From a virus (taxonomy: Duplodnaviria > Caudoviricetes), in IMG/VR virus record IMGVR_UViG_3300049042_000236, positions 1 through 25,034 of that record: a DNA stretch of 25,034 nt, one strand, 5' to 3'. The notes beneath the pieces were generated by a model that had not been told where the DNA came from, did no database searches, and saw only the letters and a program-made list of their open reading frames with translations. This document shows positions 23,475 to 25,034 of the stretch, one piece after another; the stretch's first letter is position 1, and each line of letters opens with the position of its first letter. A program made the position numbers and the translations under genes.

Positions 23475-23620
23475 GGTTTTTGTTTTAGGTAGTTTTCTAC
23501 GATGAGCGAAACGAAGTGGCCCACCTTGATGCCCCGCAGCTTACAGTAGTCAGCCAGCAGGTTGTGGACCTCTTCCGAGATGTTGACCGTCTTGGTCTTG
23601 GTCGGAGCTTTCCGTGCCAT
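23471..23620 (-). CDS. Ribbon-helix-helix (Arc/CopG-like) regulator (49 aa)
   Basis: Below the track cutoff: MARKAPTKTKTVNISEEVHNLLADYCKLRGIKVGHFVSLIVENYLKQKP*. Beta strand KTVNI, helix, G turn, helix. ATGA overlap with the recT-like gene. Confidence 0.75.
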   Translation of the reverse strand: MARKAPTKTKTVNISEEVHNLLADYCKLRGIKVGHFVSLIVENYLKQKP

Positions 23621-23622
23621 GA

Positions 23623-23657
23623 CCTAGATAGTGCGCCCCTAAATCTAGGGACGTCAA
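23623..23657 (-). promoter_or_regulatory. Leaderless promoter with overlapping inverted repeats (candidate operator)
   Basis: TTGACG (23652-23657)-N18-CACTAT (23628-23633), with ATG 7 nt later. Inverted repeats CCTAGAT-N13-ATCTAGG (23623-23649) and CCCTA-N4-TAGGG (23637-23650). Confidence 0.55.
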
Positions 23658-23664
23658 GCACGAT

Positions 23665-24270
23665 TTAACTAGAAGCGTCCGGCTTCAGATCGGCCATCTG
23701 GTAGATCTCGACCGTCGAGTAGATCTCGGGCTGTCCGGCGAAGCTGTTGGCGCGTCCCAGGCCGTTAGTCGTCTCGCGGCCGACTCGGTATTCCAGGCCG
23801 TACGATGTTTTCTTGTGCACATCGATCCAGGCTTCGACGTGGAGGTGCCCATAAACCTGGTTCTCGAAGTAGCCGTTGATTGATTGGCCTTCGTCCCTTG
23901 CCTCGGTTGCGTTGTAGATTTTGAGCGACGTTTCGTGCGTGTAGTGGAAGACCGACGTGCCTTTCACCAGGTAGGTTCCAGGACCGAGCGTGAACGTGTT
24001 GCCGGCCAGGCTGTCGACGATGTCGTACTCGTCAGAGACGATGGTGTTCAGGTCGCGGTTGACCCAGGTCACCGTGGTCTGGTCGGCCGTGTACTCAGTC
24101 ATGTCCGCGGTGAAGTGCGTCGAGTCCGCGGTGATGTTCTTCAGCGATTTTCCGCCTGATGTCCCACTCGTTTTCGTGTCCTTGATAATCGCCACGCGGA
24201 CCACCAGCCCGTCGACGTCGGACCGGAGTTTGTCGATGAGTCTCGAGCTGGTGTCGCTTCCGTAGGCCAT
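23665..24270 (-). CDS. Virion-type beta-sandwich protein (201 aa) with a triple TAD heptad insert
   Basis: AIIKDTKTSGTSGG...WVNRDLNT..SD..IV......FTLGPGTYLV...GLG....EIYSTVEI resembles a domain common in aquatic phage fibre/virion proteins. Confidence 0.7.
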   Translation of the reverse strand: MAYGSDTSSRLIDKLRSDVDGLVVRVAIIKDTKTSGTSGGKSLKNITADSTHFTADMTEYTADQTTVTWVNRDLNTIVSDEYDIVDSLAGNTFTLGPGTYLVKGTSVFHYTHETSLKIYNATEARDEGQSINGYFENQVYGHLHVEAWIDVHKKTSYGLEYRVGRETTNGLGRANSFAGQPEIYSTVEIYQMADLKPDASS

Positions 24271-24272
24271 GG

Positions 24273-25034
24273 CTAGTTGGTCTGGGTCTTCCTGCGGATC
24301 ATGCGCTGCGCCTCGTCCAATGAGCCTGCGATGCCCACCAGAGAGCCCGAGGGACCGTAGACGCGCATCCGGCCTGCAGTCTTGCCGGGGAGTATCCTGA
24401 AGCCGCCAGTGACGCTGTACGCGCCGGGGATGCTGGGGTCTGGCTGGGGCATGAAGCGAGGCTGGCCAGTCTTCTGAACTGATTCCCGCATCTGAGGGGT
24501 GATGTCCACGCGCCAGATAGGGGTTTTCGTAGTCAAAACCGGTGACTTAACCGTGTACCGTGATCCTGCCAATTCAGCGTTTTCTTGAGCCTCAGCAAGC
24601 GTTTCGTAGCTTTCGACAAAATTTCCCCTTGGGTCATACACGTCATAGGTGGCGTTGGCCATTTCTTCCGCAGAAGCCTTGGTTGATATGCCACTCTTCT
24701 TCACCTCGCCGCCCCACTGCTTGACGTACTTCTGAACCTCTGAAGGCAGGATCTTGTCATAGAACCCCTTCATGCCCTCGCCGCCGACTTGGAGGTCTAC
24801 GCCACGCAAGGTCAGCCTGCCACCACCTTTCTGCCCCTCACCCTTCGCCATCTTTTCAGCGATTTCCTTACCTACCACATCCGCAACCCGGCTTTGATTT
24901 ATGCCAGTCTCGGAAAACAAATCGCTCCCATCTTTTCCAACAACACCAACGTCATACTTGTCAGGCCCAACCATTCGATAGTCGATGTAGTCCACCTGCT
25001 TGCTCAGATCATACCTAGCCGCCTGCGTATCACC
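24273..25034 (-). CDS. C-terminal part of a large polyvalent/internal virion (ejection-type) protein, 5'-truncated
   Basis: The frame is open to the window end (GDTQAARYDLSKQVDY...). GGEGMKGFYDKILP and DITPQMRESV..GQPRF are motifs of large polyvalent phage proteins. Confidence 0.75.
   Translation of the reverse strand, partial: GDTQAARYDLSKQVDYIDYRMVGPDKYDVGVVGKDGSDLFSETGINQSRVADVVGKEIAEKMAKGEGQKGGGRLTLRGVDLQVGGEGMKGFYDKILPSEVQKYVKQWGGEVKKSGISTKASAEEMANATYDVYDPRGNFVESYETLAEAQENAELAGSRYTVKSPVLTTKTPIWRVDITPQMRESVQKTGQPRFMPQPDPSIPGAYSVTGGFRILPGKTAGRMRVYGPSGSLVGIAGSLDEAQRMIRRKTQTN

Noticed and set aside
1-25034. tRNA/rRNA genes, integrase, att sites, alternative genetic code
   Set aside because: No cloverleaf or T-loop consensus noticed in intergenic gaps and no recombinase motifs. 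Genes are full length under the standard code using TAA, TAG and TGA stops.

Overview
This window is about 25 kb of a tailed dsDNA phage genome with podovirus-like organisation. Nearly every real gene is on the minus strand and tightly packed, often with ATGA, GTGA or TGATG stop/start overlaps. Reading in transcription order (right to left): the C-terminus of a large polyvalent/ejection-type virion protein and a small virion-type protein; a recombination/replication operon (ribbon-helix-helix regulator, RecT-like annealase, DUF2800-like PD-(D/E)XK exonuclease, DUF669-like SSB, RuvC-like resolvase); an array of mini-genes joined by a recurrent 22-bp coding linker; an HNH protein; a PriCT/primase/AAA_25 helicase; a small cassette with an SNF2-family helicase; a ~530-bp structured non-coding region; then a GT-A glycosyltransferase, probable TerS, TerL, portal, scaffold, SU10/DUF5309-type major capsid, a fibre with a T4 gp9/gp10-like N-terminus, a LamG-like protein and two paralogous small-anchor proteins. 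I saw no integrase, tRNA, CRISPR array or reverse transcriptase. The most unusual feature is the mini-gene array at 19172-20641. Its linker GCCAAGGAGGCCAAGCC(A/G)TGA encodes a shared C-terminal peptide (AKEAKP*) and also supplies a Shine-Dalgarno sequence and the overlapping start of the next gene. It looks like a recombination-shuffled expression-cassette system. All family assignments come from motif recognition by eye, not from database searches.
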